A stretch of 64,000 nt of DNA from Alphaproteobacteria bacterium (lineage in GTDB: Bacteria; Pseudomonadota; Alphaproteobacteria; UBA8366). Location: contig WHUA01000006.1 of assembly GCA_009377445.1 (NCBI GenBank), positions 158,684-222,683 on the forward strand, read 5' to 3'. This document shows, in pieces, positions 9,126 to 21,199 of the stretch. Position numbers and translations under genes: made by a program. The notes under the pieces are model-generated. The model was given only the letters and a program-made list of their open reading frames with translations. It searched no databases and had not been told where the DNA came from. Every line of letters starts with the position of its first letter. Within the stretch, counting starts at the first letter, position 1.

Positions 9126-10316
9126 ATGCGCAATCGCTTGGTCTTAGTCATCCTCATCGTGGCCGCCCTCGCCGGTGGCGCATATTACTACTATCGTCAC
9201 GCCGGAACGGAGAGGACGGCGGAAGGCGCGGCCGCGCCGCCGCCGGAAGTCGGCATCGTCGTCGCAAAACCGGCGGAGGTGCCGCTCCCCCTAGAGTATG
9301 CGGGTCGCGTCGCGGGCTTCCGCGATGTCGAGGTACGGCCGCGGGTCGGCGGCCTGCTTCTCGAGCGCGGTTTCCCGGAGGGGACGCAGGTCAAGGCGGA
9401 TCAGATCCTCTTTCGCATCGATCCGGCCCCGTATGAAGTGGCATTGAGCCGTGCCGAAGCGCAGCTCAAGGAGGCACAGGCGACGCTCCGGCAGGCGGAG
9501 GACGAGTTCGCGCGGAGCGACGAGCTCCTTCGCCGTGGCGTGTCGACCGTCAAGCAGCGGGACGACGCGGCGTCGAAACGCGACCAGGCGCAGGCGGCCG
9601 TTCAGGCCGCCGAAGCCGAAATCGCGGGCGCCAAGCTCAACCTGGGCTATACAACCGTAAAGGCCCCGGTAGCCGGCGTAACAGCGCTCCTGTCGCCGCC
9701 CGTCGGCACGTTGGTCGAGGCCCAGCAAACCCTCCTGACGACGATCACGCAATTGGATCCCGCCTATGTGAACTACTCCTTTACGGATGAGGAGGGGCAG
9801 GAGTTCCGCGCGTTGAACGAGCGGCGCGCGACGCCAATCGGAAAAGAGGATCTCACGGTCGCGCTTCGATACGGAACGGGCCGCAGTTATCGGTTGCCCG
9901 GAACTATCGATGTCGCCGCCCAGCGTGTCGACCTGCAGACGGGCACGATTCAGGCGCGCGCCGTGTTCCCGAATCCCGACGGCGACTTGCTGCCCGGGCA
10001 GTTCGTTCGCGTGCAGGTTCGCGGCGTTACCCTACCCGACGCCATCGTCATTCCGAAGCGCGCCATCAGCCAGGGGCCGCAGGGGCCGTCCGTCTACGTC
10101 GTCGCCGCGGACGATACGGCCGAGGCCCGCCCGATCAGGCTCGGCCACGAGCTCGCAGCGGGCTGGGTGGTGCGCGAAGGGCTCAAAGGAGGCGAGCGGG
10201 TCATCGTCGACGGCGTAATCCGGGTCCGGCCGGGCGCGCCGGTCAAGGCGGTGGAGGCCGGCTCCGGGCCGCAGGCCGCGCAGAAGGACGGTTCTGCCGC
10301 CCCCGCCCGCCCATGA
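9126..10316 (+). CDS. RND efflux periplasmic adaptor (AcrA/MexA family)
   Basis: N-terminal anchor, [45 protein letters not shown]. Confidence 0.95.
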   Translation: MRNRLVLVILIVAALAGGAYYYYRHAGTERTAEGAAAPPPEVGIVVAKPAEVPLPLEYAGRVAGFRDVEVRPRVGGLLLERGFPEGTQVKADQILFRIDPAPYEVALSRAEAQLKEAQATLRQAEDEFARSDELLRRGVSTVKQRDDAASKRDQAQAAVQAAEAEIAGAKLNLGYTTVKAPVAGVTALLSPPVGTLVEAQQTLLTTITQLDPAYVNYSFTDEEGQEFRALNERRATPIGKEDLTVALRYGTGRSYRLPGTIDVAAQRVDLQTGTIQARAVFPNPDGDLLPGQFVRVQVRGVTLPDAIVIPKRAISQGPQGPSVYVVAADDTAEARPIRLGHELAAGWVVREGLKGGERVIVDGVIRVRPGAPVKAVEAGSGPQAAQKDGSAAPARP

Positions 10317-13300
10317 TGTCGAAATTCTTCATCGATCGCCCGATCTTCGCGTCGGTACTTTCGATCGTCATCGTGATCGCCGGGCTGGTGGCGATGCGGG
10401 TATTGCCGGTCGCCCAATATCCCGAAATCGTGCCCCCCGAAGTGGTGGTGTCGGCGACCTACCCGGGGGCGAGCGCCGCGACGATCGCCGAGACGGTGGC
10501 GGCGCCGCTGGAGCAGCAGATCAACGGCGTCGAGAACATGATCTACATGCGCTCGACATCGACCGGCGCCGGCAGCCTCAGCCTGTCCGTCTATTTCGAA
10601 ACGGGGACGGATCCGGATCAGGCGACGATCAACGTGAACAACCGGGTTCAGCGCGCAACAGCGCTTTTGCCCGAGGAGGTCCGCCGCCAAGGCGTGACCG
10701 TCAGCAAGCGATCGAGCTCGATCCTCCAGGTCCTTACGATGTCGTCGCCGGACAGGCGTTACGACACGATCTATATCTCCAACTACGCCCTCATCAATGT
10801 CATCGACGAGCTGCGCCGGACACCCGGGGTCGGCGACGCTTCGCTCTTCGGCGCCTCCGACTACTCGATGCGCATCTGGCTCAGGCCGGACAAGGTCGCG
10901 CAGTATAATTTGACGCCCGGCGAAATCGCTGCCGCAATTCGCGATCAGAACGCGCAGTTCGCGGCAGGGCGGTTCGGCGAAGAGCCGATGTCGGGCGACC
11001 AGGCGTTTACCTACTCGGTGACGACGCAGGGCCGTTTCGCCGACCCGCGCGAGTTCGAGCAGATCATCCTGCGTTCGGACGCGAACGGCGCGGCGCTGAG
11101 GCTCAAGGACGTCGCGCGCGTCGAGCTCGGATCTCAGAATTACTCGACGGTTGCGACGCTGAACGGCGCGCCCACCGTTCCGATCGGCGTCTATTTGCAG
11201 CCCGGCGCCAACGCGCTCGAAGTCGCCGACAGCGTCCGCGACGCCATGGAGCGCATGTCGCAGCGATTTCCCGATGGCATACGCTACGACATTCCATTCA
11301 ACACGACGCGCTTCATCGAAGTGTCGGTCGAGGAGGTCGTCATCACCTTCATCGAGGCGATCGCCCTCGTGGTGCTCGTCGTCTTCGTGTTTCTGCAGTC
11401 CCTGCGCGCGACGCTCATTCCGGTCATTGCGGTGCCGGTCTCCATCATCGGCGCTTTCGCGGGCATGTACCTGCTCGGATTCTCGATCAACCTCTTCACG
11501 CTGTTCGGCCTCATCCTGGCGATCGGCATCGTCGTCGACGACGCAATCATCGTGCTCGAAAACGTCGAGCGCATCATGGCGTCGGAAGGCAAGGCGCCGC
11601 GCGCGGCGGCCATCCAGGCGATGGAGGAGGTGAGCGGGCCCGTGATCGCCGTAGTGCTGGTCCTTTGCGCCGTGTTCATTCCGGTCTCCTTCCTCGGCGG
11701 TCTTGCCGGCGAGCTCTACAGGCAGTTCGCCGTCACGATCGCCGTCTCCGTGGTGATCTCCGGCATCGTGGCCCTCACGCTCACGCCGGCCCTCTGCGCC
11801 GTAATGCTCAAGGAAGGGCATTCGGAGCCCTGGCTTCCCTTCCGCTGGTTCAATCGCGGGTTCGATTGGCTGACCGGGCGCTTCACCAGCGGCACCGCAT
11901 TTTTCCTGCGCCATGCGGTCATCGCATTCGCCATCGTGGTGGCGATGCTCGGCGCGACATGGTGGCTGTTCGAGCGGGTGCCCGGCGGCCTCGTGCCTGC
12001 GGAGGACCAAGGGTTCGTGTTTCTCGTGACCTCTCTGCCCCCGGCGGCGTCTCTCGACCGCACGCTCGATATCACCGCGAAAGCGACCGAGGGCGTCTCC
12101 AAGAATCCCGCCGTCGCAGACGTGGTGACGATAGCGGGCTTCGACCTGCTGTCGGGTGCGCAACGGACCAACGCCGGCGTTTCCTTCATTAATTTGAAAG
12201 ACTGGTCCGAGCGCACGGATCCGAAGCTCGACGCACGCAATCTGGCGCCCGCCTTCGGCGCGCTCAATGCCGGCTTCCGCGACGGCGTCGTGATCGGATT
12301 CAATCCGCCCCCGATACAAGGCATGAGCACCACCGGCGGTTTCGAGTTCTACCTTCAGGATCGTTCCGGCGGCAGCCTGGAGAGCCTCGCGCAAGCGGCG
12401 CAACGCGTCGTCCAGGCCGCGAATCGGCGTGCCGAGCTGAGCGGCGTCGCGACGACCTTCTCGACCGGCGTGCCGCAGTACCGGATCGATGTCGACCGCG
12501 ACAAGGCAAAGGCGCTGGGCGTGCCGATCTCGAGCATCTTCGATACGATGCAGAGCACATTCGGCAGCCTGTACGTCAACGATTTCACCCTGTTCGGGCG
12601 CACCTACCGGGTAAGCCTGTCGTCGGAAGACACGTTCCGCCAATCGCCCGATGACCTTCGCCATGTCTTCGTCCGCTCCGACGGCGGCACGATGGTGCCC
12701 CTCAACGTGCTCGTTAATGCCTCCCGCATCGTCGGGCCCGACGTCGTCGATCGCTTCAATGTCTTTCCGGCTGCCAAGATCCAGGGCGCCCCGGCGCCGG
12801 GCGCCTCATCGGGACAGGCGATCGCCGCCATGCAGGAGGTCGTGTCGCAGACGCTCTCGCCGGATTACACGGTCGGCTGGACGGGGTCCGCGTACCAGGA
12901 GCTCCAAACCGCCGGAACCGGCTACCAGGGGTTCCTATTCGGGCTCCTGATGGTCTTCCTGATCCTGGCCGCGCAATATGAGCGCTGGTCGCTGCCGCTC
13001 GCGGTTGTCACTGCTGTGCCCTTCGCGGTGTTCGGCGCCATTCTCGCGATCTATCTCCGCGGGATCGAGAACGACATCTACTTTCAGGTCGGGCTCGTGA
13101 CGCTCATCGGGCTTTCGGCCAAGAACGCGATTCTGATCGTGGAGTTTGCGGCGCAACGGCATCGCGACGGCTTGTCTGCTTTCGACGCGGCCGTGGACGC
13201 GGCAAAGCTGCGATTTCGCCCGATCATCATGACGTCGCTCGCCTTCATCCTCGGTGTCCTGCCCCTGGCGGTCAGCACCGGTGCGGGGTCGGCGAGCCGA

Positions 13301-13447
13301 CATTCGGTCGGCACCGGCGTAATCGGCGGCATGTTGGCGGCGACATTTCTCGCCGTTCTCTTCGTGCCGCTTTTCTTTCGGCTCCTCATGCGCGATAAGC
13401 GGGAACCCAACGAGGTGGGGACAAGGTCTGCTGCCGAAAAAACATGA
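10313..13447 (+). CDS. RND efflux permease (HAE1, AcrB/MexB family)
   Basis: [51 protein letters not shown]; 1044 aa; ATGA overlap with the adaptor. Confidence 0.97.
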   Translation: MMSKFFIDRPIFASVLSIVIVIAGLVAMRVLPVAQYPEIVPPEVVVSATYPGASAATIAETVAAPLEQQINGVENMIYMRSTSTGAGSLSLSVYFETGTDPDQATINVNNRVQRATALLPEEVRRQGVTVSKRSSSILQVLTMSSPDRRYDTIYISNYALINVIDELRRTPGVGDASLFGASDYSMRIWLRPDKVAQYNLTPGEIAAAIRDQNAQFAAGRFGEEPMSGDQAFTYSVTTQGRFADPREFEQIILRSDANGAALRLKDVARVELGSQNYSTVATLNGAPTVPIGVYLQPGANALEVADSVRDAMERMSQRFPDGIRYDIPFNTTRFIEVSVEEVVITFIEAIALVVLVVFVFLQSLRATLIPVIAVPVSIIGAFAGMYLLGFSINLFTLFGLILAIGIVVDDAIIVLENVERIMASEGKAPRAAAIQAMEEVSGPVIAVVLVLCAVFIPVSFLGGLAGELYRQFAVTIAVSVVISGIVALTLTPALCAVMLKEGHSEPWLPFRWFNRGFDWLTGRFTSGTAFFLRHAVIAFAIVVAMLGATWWLFERVPGGLVPAEDQGFVFLVTSLPPAASLDRTLDITAKATEGVSKNPAVADVVTIAGFDLLSGAQRTNAGVSFINLKDWSERTDPKLDARNLAPAFGALNAGFRDGVVIGFNPPPIQGMSTTGGFEFYLQDRSGGSLESLAQAAQRVVQAANRRAELSGVATTFSTGVPQYRIDVDRDKAKALGVPISSIFDTMQSTFGSLYVNDFTLFGRTYRVSLSSEDTFRQSPDDLRHVFVRSDGGTMVPLNVLVNASRIVGPDVVDRFNVFPAAKIQGAPAPGASSGQAIAAMQEVVSQTLSPDYTVGWTGSAYQELQTAGTGYQGFLFGLLMVFLILAAQYERWSLPLAVVTAVPFAVFGAILAIYLRGIENDIYFQVGLVTLIGLSAKNAILIVEFAAQRHRDGLSAFDAAVDAAKLRFRPIIMTSLAFILGVLPLAVSTGAGSASRHSVGTGVIGGMLAATFLAVLFVPLFFRLLMRDKREPNEVGTRSAAEKT

Positions 13448-14382
13448 GCGACCCGCAAGTACAAACGAACCTGACCCAACCTGCCTATCCGGCGCCGGCC
13501 TCCGTCGATCCTCGGAGACGGCTGCGCTATCTGGCCGAAGCGGCGGGCGCATACGCGGCCTTCGCCTTCTTTCGCATGCTGCCGGTCGACGCAGCCTCGG
13601 CAATCGGCGGCTGGATATTCCAGATCCTCGGTCCGCTCGCGAAGGCGCATCGTATCGCCGAAAGGAACGTCCTGGCGGCGCTTCCCGAACTGACCGCCGC
13701 CGCCCGCAAGGACCTCCTCCGTGGCATGTGGAACAACATCGGCCGTGTCGCCGGAGAGTATGCCCATCTCAGGCGTCTCGCCAGCGACCCCAGGCGCGTC
13801 GAGATCGTCGATCCCGGCAATCTGTGCGCCCGTGCCGTTTCGTCCGGGACGGGCGCACTGGCGCTGTCCGCGCATTTCGGCAACTGGGAGCTTTTCTGCG
13901 TGGCGGCATTCCGTGCCGGCGGGCGCCAGGTCGATGTATACCGGGCGACCAACAATCCCTATGTGGATACCCTCCTGAAACGGACCCGGCTGGCGATTCC
14001 GGGCCATCGCCTTATTCCCAAGGGCCATGGCGGGATGCGCGAAATCGTCTCGCAGCTACGCCTGGGTCGATGCATCGGCATGGTGGTCGATCAGAAGACC
14101 AACGAGGGCATTCCCGTCGAGTTCTTTGGCAGGAGCGCCATGACCACCCGGACGCCTGCGGCCCTTGCCCGCCGTTTCGAATGCCCGATCTTCGTCGCCG
14201 TGGTCGAGCGGGTGGGAGGCGCGCGTTTCCGCATCGTCGTCCACGATATGAAAGTCGCCCGCTCGGACAATCGCCGCGACGATGTCGAACGAACGACCCG
14301 CGCCATCAGCGATATTCTCGAAGCGGCCATACGCGCCAAGCCCGAGCTTTGGATGTGGGTGCACCGGCGCTGGCCCGATTGA
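13444..14382 (+). CDS. Lipid A late acyltransferase (LpxL/HtrB family)
   Basis: [24 protein letters not shown] motifs; ATGA overlap with the RND permease. Confidence 0.9.
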   Translation: MSDPQVQTNLTQPAYPAPASVDPRRRLRYLAEAAGAYAAFAFFRMLPVDAASAIGGWIFQILGPLAKAHRIAERNVLAALPELTAAARKDLLRGMWNNIGRVAGEYAHLRRLASDPRRVEIVDPGNLCARAVSSGTGALALSAHFGNWELFCVAAFRAGGRQVDVYRATNNPYVDTLLKRTRLAIPGHRLIPKGHGGMREIVSQLRLGRCIGMVVDQKTNEGIPVEFFGRSAMTTRTPAALARRFECPIFVAVVERVGGARFRIVVHDMKVARSDNRRDDVERTTRAISDILEAAIRAKPELWMWVHRRWPD

Positions 14383-14629
14383 GCCGCGCAGGCTCACGCA
14401 TCCCGTGCGATTGACGAGAGGCGGACCCCACGGGCCCGGAGCCGCAAAGCGGCGGCCGGCTCGGCTTTCGCTTCCGGCTGTTGACTCCGCGTTGCGAATG
14501 ATGAAGCATTTTTCAAGCAAGCGAGTAACAAAACATATGGGTTGCTCTGCGCCATCGTGCTGCGGCGTGGGCTTCGTGGACGCTTCCAGGCTTTCACGCC
14601 CCAAAAAATGAAAAGCACGGGAGGAAGCC

Positions 14630-16225
14630 ATGAACGGGACTTATATGCACGAAAAGGCGAGGATGTCGTCCCGCCTGCTGTACCTGCCGCTCTATGCGGG
14701 CGCCCTGGCGCTCAGCATGGGATTTGGCGGGATGTTTCAGGCGGCGTCCGCGCAAAACAAGACTGTGACCATTGTTCTCTCGGAAGAGCCAGAGGGCCTC
14801 GACGGCTGCAACGCGAATCGCTCCAGCGTCGGCCGTGTCGTCAAGCAGAATATCGTCGAGACGCTGACGGAGATCGACCCGAAGGACGGCAGCATCACGC
14901 CGCGTCTCGCGCTCTCCTGGGAAAAAGTGAATGACACGACGTGGCGCTTCAAGCTGCGCCAGGGCGTCAAGTTCCATGATGGCGCCCCCTTCAATGCCGA
15001 GACGGCCACGAAGGCGATTCACCGCACGATGGACACCAGCGTCAAGTCCGGCAATGCCCGCGGCACCGGCGGGCTCGATTGCGAAACCCGCACGAAGTCC
15101 TTCGGCGACCTGAAGATCGTGGGCAAGCCGGTAGACGCGTACACCCTGGATATCGTGGCGAACAAGGCGGTTCCGATCCTGCCGACGCGGATGGGCGTGG
15201 TGTCGCTGTCGTCGCCCAACACGCCGAACGACAAGCTGGTCCTGCATCCCATAGGAACGGGCCCCTACACGTTCGAAAAATGGGTTCCCGGCCAGGAAAT
15301 CACGCTGAAACGGTTCGACGGTTACTGGGGCAAGAAGCCGGAGGCCGACGGCGCGCGCTATATCTGGCGGAAGGAGTCCGCCGTGCGCGCCGCCATGGTC
15401 AAGGTGGGCGAGGCGGATATTGCGCCCAATATCGCCGTGCAGGATGCGACCGATCCGAGCATGGATTTCAGCTATCCGAATTCGGAAACGACGCGATTGC
15501 GCATCGACGTGACGCAGTCGCCGCTCAACGACAGGCGGGTGCGGCTGGCGCTGAATTATGCGATCGACCGGGAAGCGTTGAAGACCGTTCTGTCCAACGA
15601 TGTCATCCCCGCTACCCAGATCGTCGTACCGGGCATCAGCGGCCACAATCCGAAGCTCAAGCCCTATCCATACGACCCGGAGAAGGCCAAGAAGCTGCTC
15701 GCGGAGGCGAAGGCTGCCGGCGTGCCGGTCGACAAGGAGCTCGAGATCATCGGCCGGACGAACCTCTATCCGAACGGCACCGAGCATATGGAAGCGACGA
15801 TGGCCATGTTGCAGGCGGTCGGCTTCAAGGTGAAGATGCGTATGCTGGAAGTCGCGGAATGGATCGACATTCTCACCAAGCCCTATGCCGAAGACCGGGG
15901 TCCGGTATTGCTCCAGGGACAGCACGACAACAATAACGGCGACGCCGTCTTCTCCGTATTCAACAAGTATGCCTGTAAAGGTGCCCAATCCGTGACCTGC
16001 GACGAGAAGCTCGATGCGCTGATCGCCAAGGCATCGGCCCTGTCCGGCGACGAGCGCCGGAAGACCTGGGAAGAGGCTCTTCGGAGAATCCACGAAGATA
16101 TGGTGTGCGATGTTTTCATGTACCACATGGTCGGCTATTCCCGCGTCGGCAAGCGGGTCAACTTCAAGCCCAGCATCTCGACCAACAGTGAAATACATAT
16201 CGCGCAGGTGACGTTTAAGAAGTAA
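14630..16225 (+). CDS. ABC transporter substrate-binding protein, family 5 (Dpp/Opp)
   Basis: Signal peptide, FKLRQGVKFHDG, GTGPY, RVRLALNYAIDR; GGAGG RBS. Confidence 0.93.
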   Translation: MNGTYMHEKARMSSRLLYLPLYAGALALSMGFGGMFQAASAQNKTVTIVLSEEPEGLDGCNANRSSVGRVVKQNIVETLTEIDPKDGSITPRLALSWEKVNDTTWRFKLRQGVKFHDGAPFNAETATKAIHRTMDTSVKSGNARGTGGLDCETRTKSFGDLKIVGKPVDAYTLDIVANKAVPILPTRMGVVSLSSPNTPNDKLVLHPIGTGPYTFEKWVPGQEITLKRFDGYWGKKPEADGARYIWRKESAVRAAMVKVGEADIAPNIAVQDATDPSMDFSYPNSETTRLRIDVTQSPLNDRRVRLALNYAIDREALKTVLSNDVIPATQIVVPGISGHNPKLKPYPYDPEKAKKLLAEAKAAGVPVDKELEIIGRTNLYPNGTEHMEATMAMLQAVGFKVKMRMLEVAEWIDILTKPYAEDRGPVLLQGQHDNNNGDAVFSVFNKYACKGAQSVTCDEKLDALIAKASALSGDERRKTWEEALRRIHEDMVCDVFMYHMVGYSRVGKRVNFKPSISTNSEIHIAQVTFKK

Positions 16226-16326
16226 GCGGCCGTGAGCACGTCTTCATGGGGCGGCCCGATCGCATATGATCGGGCCGCTCCATCGCTTCGCAAGGCGGAA
16301 GCAAGGCCGGTTGGGAGCTGGAACAC

Positions 16327-17244
16327 ATGACACGCTTTCTGGCGCGGCGGTCTGTGCACAGCGCGTTCGCTCTTGTCGGGCTGATCGTGGCCGTATTCTT
16401 TCTGGCGCGATTGACCGGAGACCCGACCAACCTTTTCCTGCCGCTCGACGCGTCGCTGGAGACTCGCAAAGAGTTCGCCCACAAGCATGGCTTCGACCGG
16501 CCGGCGATCGAGCAGTTCTGGTCCTTCGTCAAGGACATGTCGCATGGCGACCTGGGATATTCGCTCCGCAAGCAGCGCCCGGCGATGGAGCTGGTGCTCG
16601 AAGCCTATCCGACGACGCTGAAGCTAGCCGGCGCGACCATGGTGATCGCCATCGCGCTGGCGATCGTGATCGGCGCGCTGGCCGCCTACCGGCCGGGCGG
16701 CGTGTTCGACCGCATCAGCGGCATCGCCTCGCTCGCCGGCGCCAGCGCACCCGATTTCTGGGTCGCGATCACCGGCATTCTCATTTTTTCCGTCAGCCTG
16801 CGCTGGCTTCCGACGTCCGGGGTCGGCGGGTTTCCCTACTGGATCATGCCGATTACAGTTCTGGCCCTGCGGCCGTTCGGGCTGCTGGTCCAGGTCGTGC
16901 GCTCCTCCATGCTGAGCGCGCTCGCGTCGGCTTATGTGAAGACGGCGCGGGCGAAAGGCGTTTCCGAGCGGACCGTCATCTTCGTCCATGCGCTGCGCAA
17001 TGCCTGCCTGTCGATCGTGACGGTGGCCGGCGATCTCACCGTCGGGCTGATCAACGGCGCGGTCATCGTCGAGACGGTGTTCGGCTGGCCCGGTGTCGGC
17101 AAGCTCATGATCGATTCCGTCATCCAGCGCGATTTTCCCATCGTGCAGGCGTCCATCATGCTGACCGCGACGGCGATCTTCCTGCTGAATATCGCGATCG
17201 ACCTGATCTATGTCGCGCTCGATCCGCGCATCCGACACCAATAG
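16327..17244 (+). CDS. ABC transporter permease (DppB-like)
   Basis: GDLGYS, TARAKG, VETVFGWPGVG, DPRIR. Confidence 0.95.
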   Translation: MTRFLARRSVHSAFALVGLIVAVFFLARLTGDPTNLFLPLDASLETRKEFAHKHGFDRPAIEQFWSFVKDMSHGDLGYSLRKQRPAMELVLEAYPTTLKLAGATMVIAIALAIVIGALAAYRPGGVFDRISGIASLAGASAPDFWVAITGILIFSVSLRWLPTSGVGGFPYWIMPITVLALRPFGLLVQVVRSSMLSALASAYVKTARAKGVSERTVIFVHALRNACLSIVTVAGDLTVGLINGAVIVETVFGWPGVGKLMIDSVIQRDFPIVQASIMLTATAIFLLNIAIDLIYVALDPRIRHQ

Positions 17245-17265
17245 CCGGCTGGAGGACGACCGGGA

Positions 17266-18186
17266 ATGGCCCAGATCACGGCAGAACAGGAAGCGGTCGC
17301 CATCCGCCGGGGCCTGTCGTGGTGGCGCCTGCTGCTGCGCGATCCCATTGCGCTCGTGGCGGCGCTGTGGCTGTGCCTCCTCGCCCTCTGCGTGCTCGCC
17401 GGCCCCGAGCTGTTCGGCAAGGCGGCGACGGCGCTCAATCTCCGCGCCCGCAATCTGCCGCCCGGCTCGATAGAGCACGGATGGCTGATGATCCTGGGCG
17501 CCGATACGCTCGGCCGCAGCATGTTGGCCCGGCTCATCGTGGCCTCCCGCAACACGCTCTCGATCGCGCTGATCTCCGTCCTGGTCGCCATGATGATCGG
17601 CGGCTTCCTCGGCCTGATCGCAGGCTATATCGGCCGCACCGTCGGCAACGTCATCATGCGCCTCTCCGATATCATCCAAAGCTTTCCGTCGCTGCTGCTG
17701 GCCGTCGTCGTGCTCTACATGCTCGAGCCGCGGGTCGGCAATCTCATCATCGTGCTGGCGATCACGCGCATCCCGTCCTACCTGCGCGTGACCCGCGCCG
17801 AGGTACTGGAGATCCGCGAGCGCGTCTTCGTCGATGCCGCACGCGCGCTCGGCGGCAGCCGGGCGCATATCCTGTTTCGCCATATTACGCCGGTCGTGGC
17901 ACCGACGCTGCTGACCATCCTGACCGTCGATTTCGCGATCGTCATGCTGGCGGAATCCGGCCTCAGCTTCCTCGGCATCGGCATCCAGCCGCCGGAGATC
18001 ACCTGGGGCCTGATGGTGGCGCAGGGGCGCAATCACCTGAGCCAGGCGTGGTGGCTCGCCTTCTTCCCAGGGCTCGCCATCATGTTCGCGACGCTGTCGG
18101 CCAATGTCCTCTCGAACTGGCTCAGGATCGCGACCGACCCCGTGCAGCGCTGGCGCCTCGAAGCGCCGAAGGGCGGCGATGCCTGA
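17266..18186 (+). CDS. ABC transporter permease (DppC-like)
   Basis: LGADTLGR, AARALG, ESGLSFLGIG. Confidence 0.95.
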   Translation: MAQITAEQEAVAIRRGLSWWRLLLRDPIALVAALWLCLLALCVLAGPELFGKAATALNLRARNLPPGSIEHGWLMILGADTLGRSMLARLIVASRNTLSIALISVLVAMMIGGFLGLIAGYIGRTVGNVIMRLSDIIQSFPSLLLAVVVLYMLEPRVGNLIIVLAITRIPSYLRVTRAEVLEIRERVFVDAARALGGSRAHILFRHITPVVAPTLLTILTVDFAIVMLAESGLSFLGIGIQPPEITWGLMVAQGRNHLSQAWWLAFFPGLAIMFATLSANVLSNWLRIATDPVQRWRLEAPKGGDA

Positions 18187-19174
18187 CAACGCGGCGCCAC
18201 TGCTCGAGGTCGCCGACCTCAAGATCGAGTTTCGCAGCGGGCGCGAAACGGTTTATGCCGTCAATGGCGCGGGTTTCAGTGTCCGGCCGGGCGAGACGGC
18301 GGCGATCCTGGGCGAAAGCGGCTCGGGCAAGAGCGTCACCGCCTCGGCGATCATGCGCCTTCTGCAGTGCCCGCCTGCATTCATTGCCGGCGGCGCGATC
18401 CGCTTCAAGGGCGACGATGTGCTGGCGATGCCGCTGAACCAGTGGCGCCGGCGCTGCGGGCGCGAGATCGCGATGGTGTTTCAGGACGCGCTCGCCGCGC
18501 TCAACCCGGTATTCACCGTCGGCTGGCAGATCGCCGAGCTGTTCCGCGCGCATGGCGAGCGCAGCGGCAAAAAGGCCGAGGCGCGGGCCGTCGAGCTGCT
18601 GGCCCGCGTCGGCATCCCCGATCCGGTAAACCGGGCGCGGGACTACCCGCACCAGTTTTCCGGCGGCATGCGCCAGCGGGTCATGATCGCGATGGCGATT
18701 GCGCTCGGCCCGGACCTGCTGATCGCCGACGAGCCGACGACTGCGCTCGACGTGACGGTGCAGGCACAGATCATGGACCTGCTTCAGGATCTGCAGAAAG
18801 AGATCGGCATGGCGATGATCCTCATCACCCACGACCTGGGCGTTGTCGCCGATGTCGCCGACCATGTCGCCGTGATGTACGCCGGGCGCGTGGTGGAGCG
18901 CGGCAAGGTTCGCGATGTCCTCGGCAAGCCCGCCCATCCCTATACGCTGGCGCTGCTCGAATCCGTGCCGCAATTGCAGCAGAACAGCCAATCGTTGCGG
19001 CCGATCGTGGGGTCGCCTCCCGACATGGCGGCGCCGCCGTCGGGCTGCGCGTTCCATCCGCGCTGCCGGTTTGCGACCGGCGAATGCAAGGTCAAATTGC
19101 CGCCGAAGGTAGCCGTCGCTCCAGGGCGCGTCGCCGAATGCCATCATGCGAAGAGCGTTTTCAATGGCGGGTGA
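18179..19174 (+). CDS. ABC transporter ATP-binding protein (DppD-like)
   Basis: [33 protein letters not shown]. Confidence 0.95.
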   Translation: MPDNAAPLLEVADLKIEFRSGRETVYAVNGAGFSVRPGETAAILGESGSGKSVTASAIMRLLQCPPAFIAGGAIRFKGDDVLAMPLNQWRRRCGREIAMVFQDALAALNPVFTVGWQIAELFRAHGERSGKKAEARAVELLARVGIPDPVNRARDYPHQFSGGMRQRVMIAMAIALGPDLLIADEPTTALDVTVQAQIMDLLQDLQKEIGMAMILITHDLGVVADVADHVAVMYAGRVVERGKVRDVLGKPAHPYTLALLESVPQLQQNSQSLRPIVGSPPDMAAPPSGCAFHPRCRFATGECKVKLPPKVAVAPGRVAECHHAKSVFNGG

Positions 19175-20171
19175 AGGTCCCATTCTCGAAGTTCGCGGGC
19201 TCGTGAAGCATTTCCACGTCGGCGGCGGCTTCGCCTTCGGCCGGCAGGCGGCGGTGATCCGCGCGGTCGACGACGTAAGCTTCGACCTCAGGCGCGGCGA
19301 GACGCTCGGCCTCGTCGGCGAAAGCGGATGCGGCAAGTCGACGGTCGCCCGAACCCTGCTGCGGCTGGAAGAGCCCACGGCAGGCAAGGCGCTGTTCCAT
19401 GGGCGCGACGTCTTCGCCGCGGGCGAGCGCGAGCTCAAGGACATCCGCCGGCGAATCCAGGTCATATTCCAGGATCCTTACGCCTCGCTCAATCCGCGGC
19501 TCCGCGTGGAGCAGATCGTCAGCGAGCCCTGGGTCATCCACCGCGACGTCCTGCCTCGCGCCGGCTGGCCGGACCGCGTGCGCGAGCTGCTGGAGAGCGT
19601 CGGGCTCCGGCGCGAGCATGCGGAGCGCTATCCGCACGAATTCTCGGGCGGTCAGCGCCAGCGCATCGGCATCGCCCGGGCGATGGCGCTCAATCCGGAG
19701 ATCCTGATCTGCGACGAGCCGGTGTCCGCGCTGGACGTGTCGGTGCAGGCGCAGGTGGTCAATCTGCTGGAGGAGATCCAGCAGCGCTTCGGCATCGCCT
19801 ATATCTTCATCGCGCATGACCTGTCGGTCGTGCGTCACATGTCGCACCGGGTCGCGGTGATGTATCTCGGCCGCATCGTCGAGCTGGGCGGCAAGGAGCA
19901 GGTCTACGCCCGGCCGCGCCATCCCTACACGAAAGCGCTGCTCTCCGCGCAGCCGTCGATCGATTTCACCGGCGAGCGGCAGAGCCAGCGGATCATCCTC
20001 CAGGGCGAAGTGCCCAGCCCGGCTAATCCCCCGTCGGGCTGCCGCTTCCGCAGCCGGTGCTGGAAGATGCAGCAGGTATGCGCCGGGGAGCCGCCGCCAC
20101 TCGCCGAAGGATCGGAATCCGGCCATCGGGCCGCTTGCTACTTTCCGGAGGGCGGGCCGGCGCGGGCTTGA
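19164..20171 (+). CDS. ABC transporter ATP-binding protein (DppF-like)
   Basis: GESGCGKS, FSGGQRQR, CDEPVSALD. Confidence 0.95.
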   Translation: MAGEGPILEVRGLVKHFHVGGGFAFGRQAAVIRAVDDVSFDLRRGETLGLVGESGCGKSTVARTLLRLEEPTAGKALFHGRDVFAAGERELKDIRRRIQVIFQDPYASLNPRLRVEQIVSEPWVIHRDVLPRAGWPDRVRELLESVGLRREHAERYPHEFSGGQRQRIGIARAMALNPEILICDEPVSALDVSVQAQVVNLLEEIQQRFGIAYIFIAHDLSVVRHMSHRVAVMYLGRIVELGGKEQVYARPRHPYTKALLSAQPSIDFTGERQSQRIILQGEVPSPANPPSGCRFRSRCWKMQQVCAGEPPPLAEGSESGHRAACYFPEGGPARA

Positions 20172-20260
20172 GCCGGATGGGCCGATGGCCTCCCGCGCAT
20201 TTTGCCGCCGCCGCCGTGCAGGTTATGCTTCGGCAGTAACCCCAATCACCGAGGACGATC

Positions 20261-21199
20261 ATGCCGGACAGCGTCGCGATGCATCCCGAAATGCAGGTTC
20301 TTGTCGACTCGAAGGCGGGCCTGCCGCCGGCAACGACGCTGGAAGAGATGCGCGCCGGCTGGAATCTTTACTCCGTCCGGATGCGCCGGCCTCATCCCGA
20401 GGATATGACGGTGGCCGACGACAAGGTTGCGGGGAAGGGGGGCGCCATCCCGATCCGCATCTACCGCCCCGCCGCGGCGGCCGCGAAGGCGCCCTGCGTC
20501 CTCTATTTCCACGGCGGCGGTTTCATGAAAGGCGATCTCGACAGCTCCGACACGACAGCCTGGGGGCTGGCGCAGGAGACGGGCGCGGTGGTGGTCAGCG
20601 TGGACTACCGCTTGGCGCCGGAGAATCCCTATCCCGCCGCCTTCGACGACTGCTTTTCCGTGCTTGCCGACGTAGCGGGGAATGCCGGACGCTATGGCGT
20701 GGACCCGGCGCGGATCGCCGTCAGCGGCGACAGCGCCGGCGGCAACCTGGCGGCGGCGGTATCGCTCGCCGCCCGCGACCGGGACGGCCCGGCCGTTGCG
20801 GCGCAGGTGCTGATCTATCCCTGCCTCACCGACGACACGAAGCATGAAAGCTATCGCGTGCATGCGGTGACGCCCGGCCTCACGGCGGCCTCGATGGGCT
20901 CTTATTGGAACTGGTACCTCGCCGGTTCGGCGCAGCCGGTCGGCGATCCCTACGCGCTGCCGCTCAAGGCGCGCAGCCTCGCGGGACTGCCGCGCGCCCT
21001 CGTCCATGTCGCGGAAATCGACCCGCTGTACGACGACGGCCGGCTCTACGCCGAGCGGCTGAAGGCGGCGGGCGTGCCGACCGAGTACCGCTGCGCCAAG
21101 GGCATGATCCACGGATTCATGCGCGCCCGGCTGCTGGGTCCCGACTCGGCGGCCGAGTTCGGTGCTATTTGCGGCTTTCTGCGGAGAAGTCTCGCCTGA
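20261..21199 (+). CDS. Alpha/beta hydrolase (HSL family esterase)
   Basis: HGGG oxyanion motif, GDSAG nucleophile, D (EIDPL) and H (IHGF). Confidence 0.93.
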   Translation: MPDSVAMHPEMQVLVDSKAGLPPATTLEEMRAGWNLYSVRMRRPHPEDMTVADDKVAGKGGAIPIRIYRPAAAAAKAPCVLYFHGGGFMKGDLDSSDTTAWGLAQETGAVVVSVDYRLAPENPYPAAFDDCFSVLADVAGNAGRYGVDPARIAVSGDSAGGNLAAAVSLAARDRDGPAVAAQVLIYPCLTDDTKHESYRVHAVTPGLTAASMGSYWNWYLAGSAQPVGDPYALPLKARSLAGLPRALVHVAEIDPLYDDGRLYAERLKAAGVPTEYRCAKGMIHGFMRARLLGPDSAAEFGAICGFLRRSLA

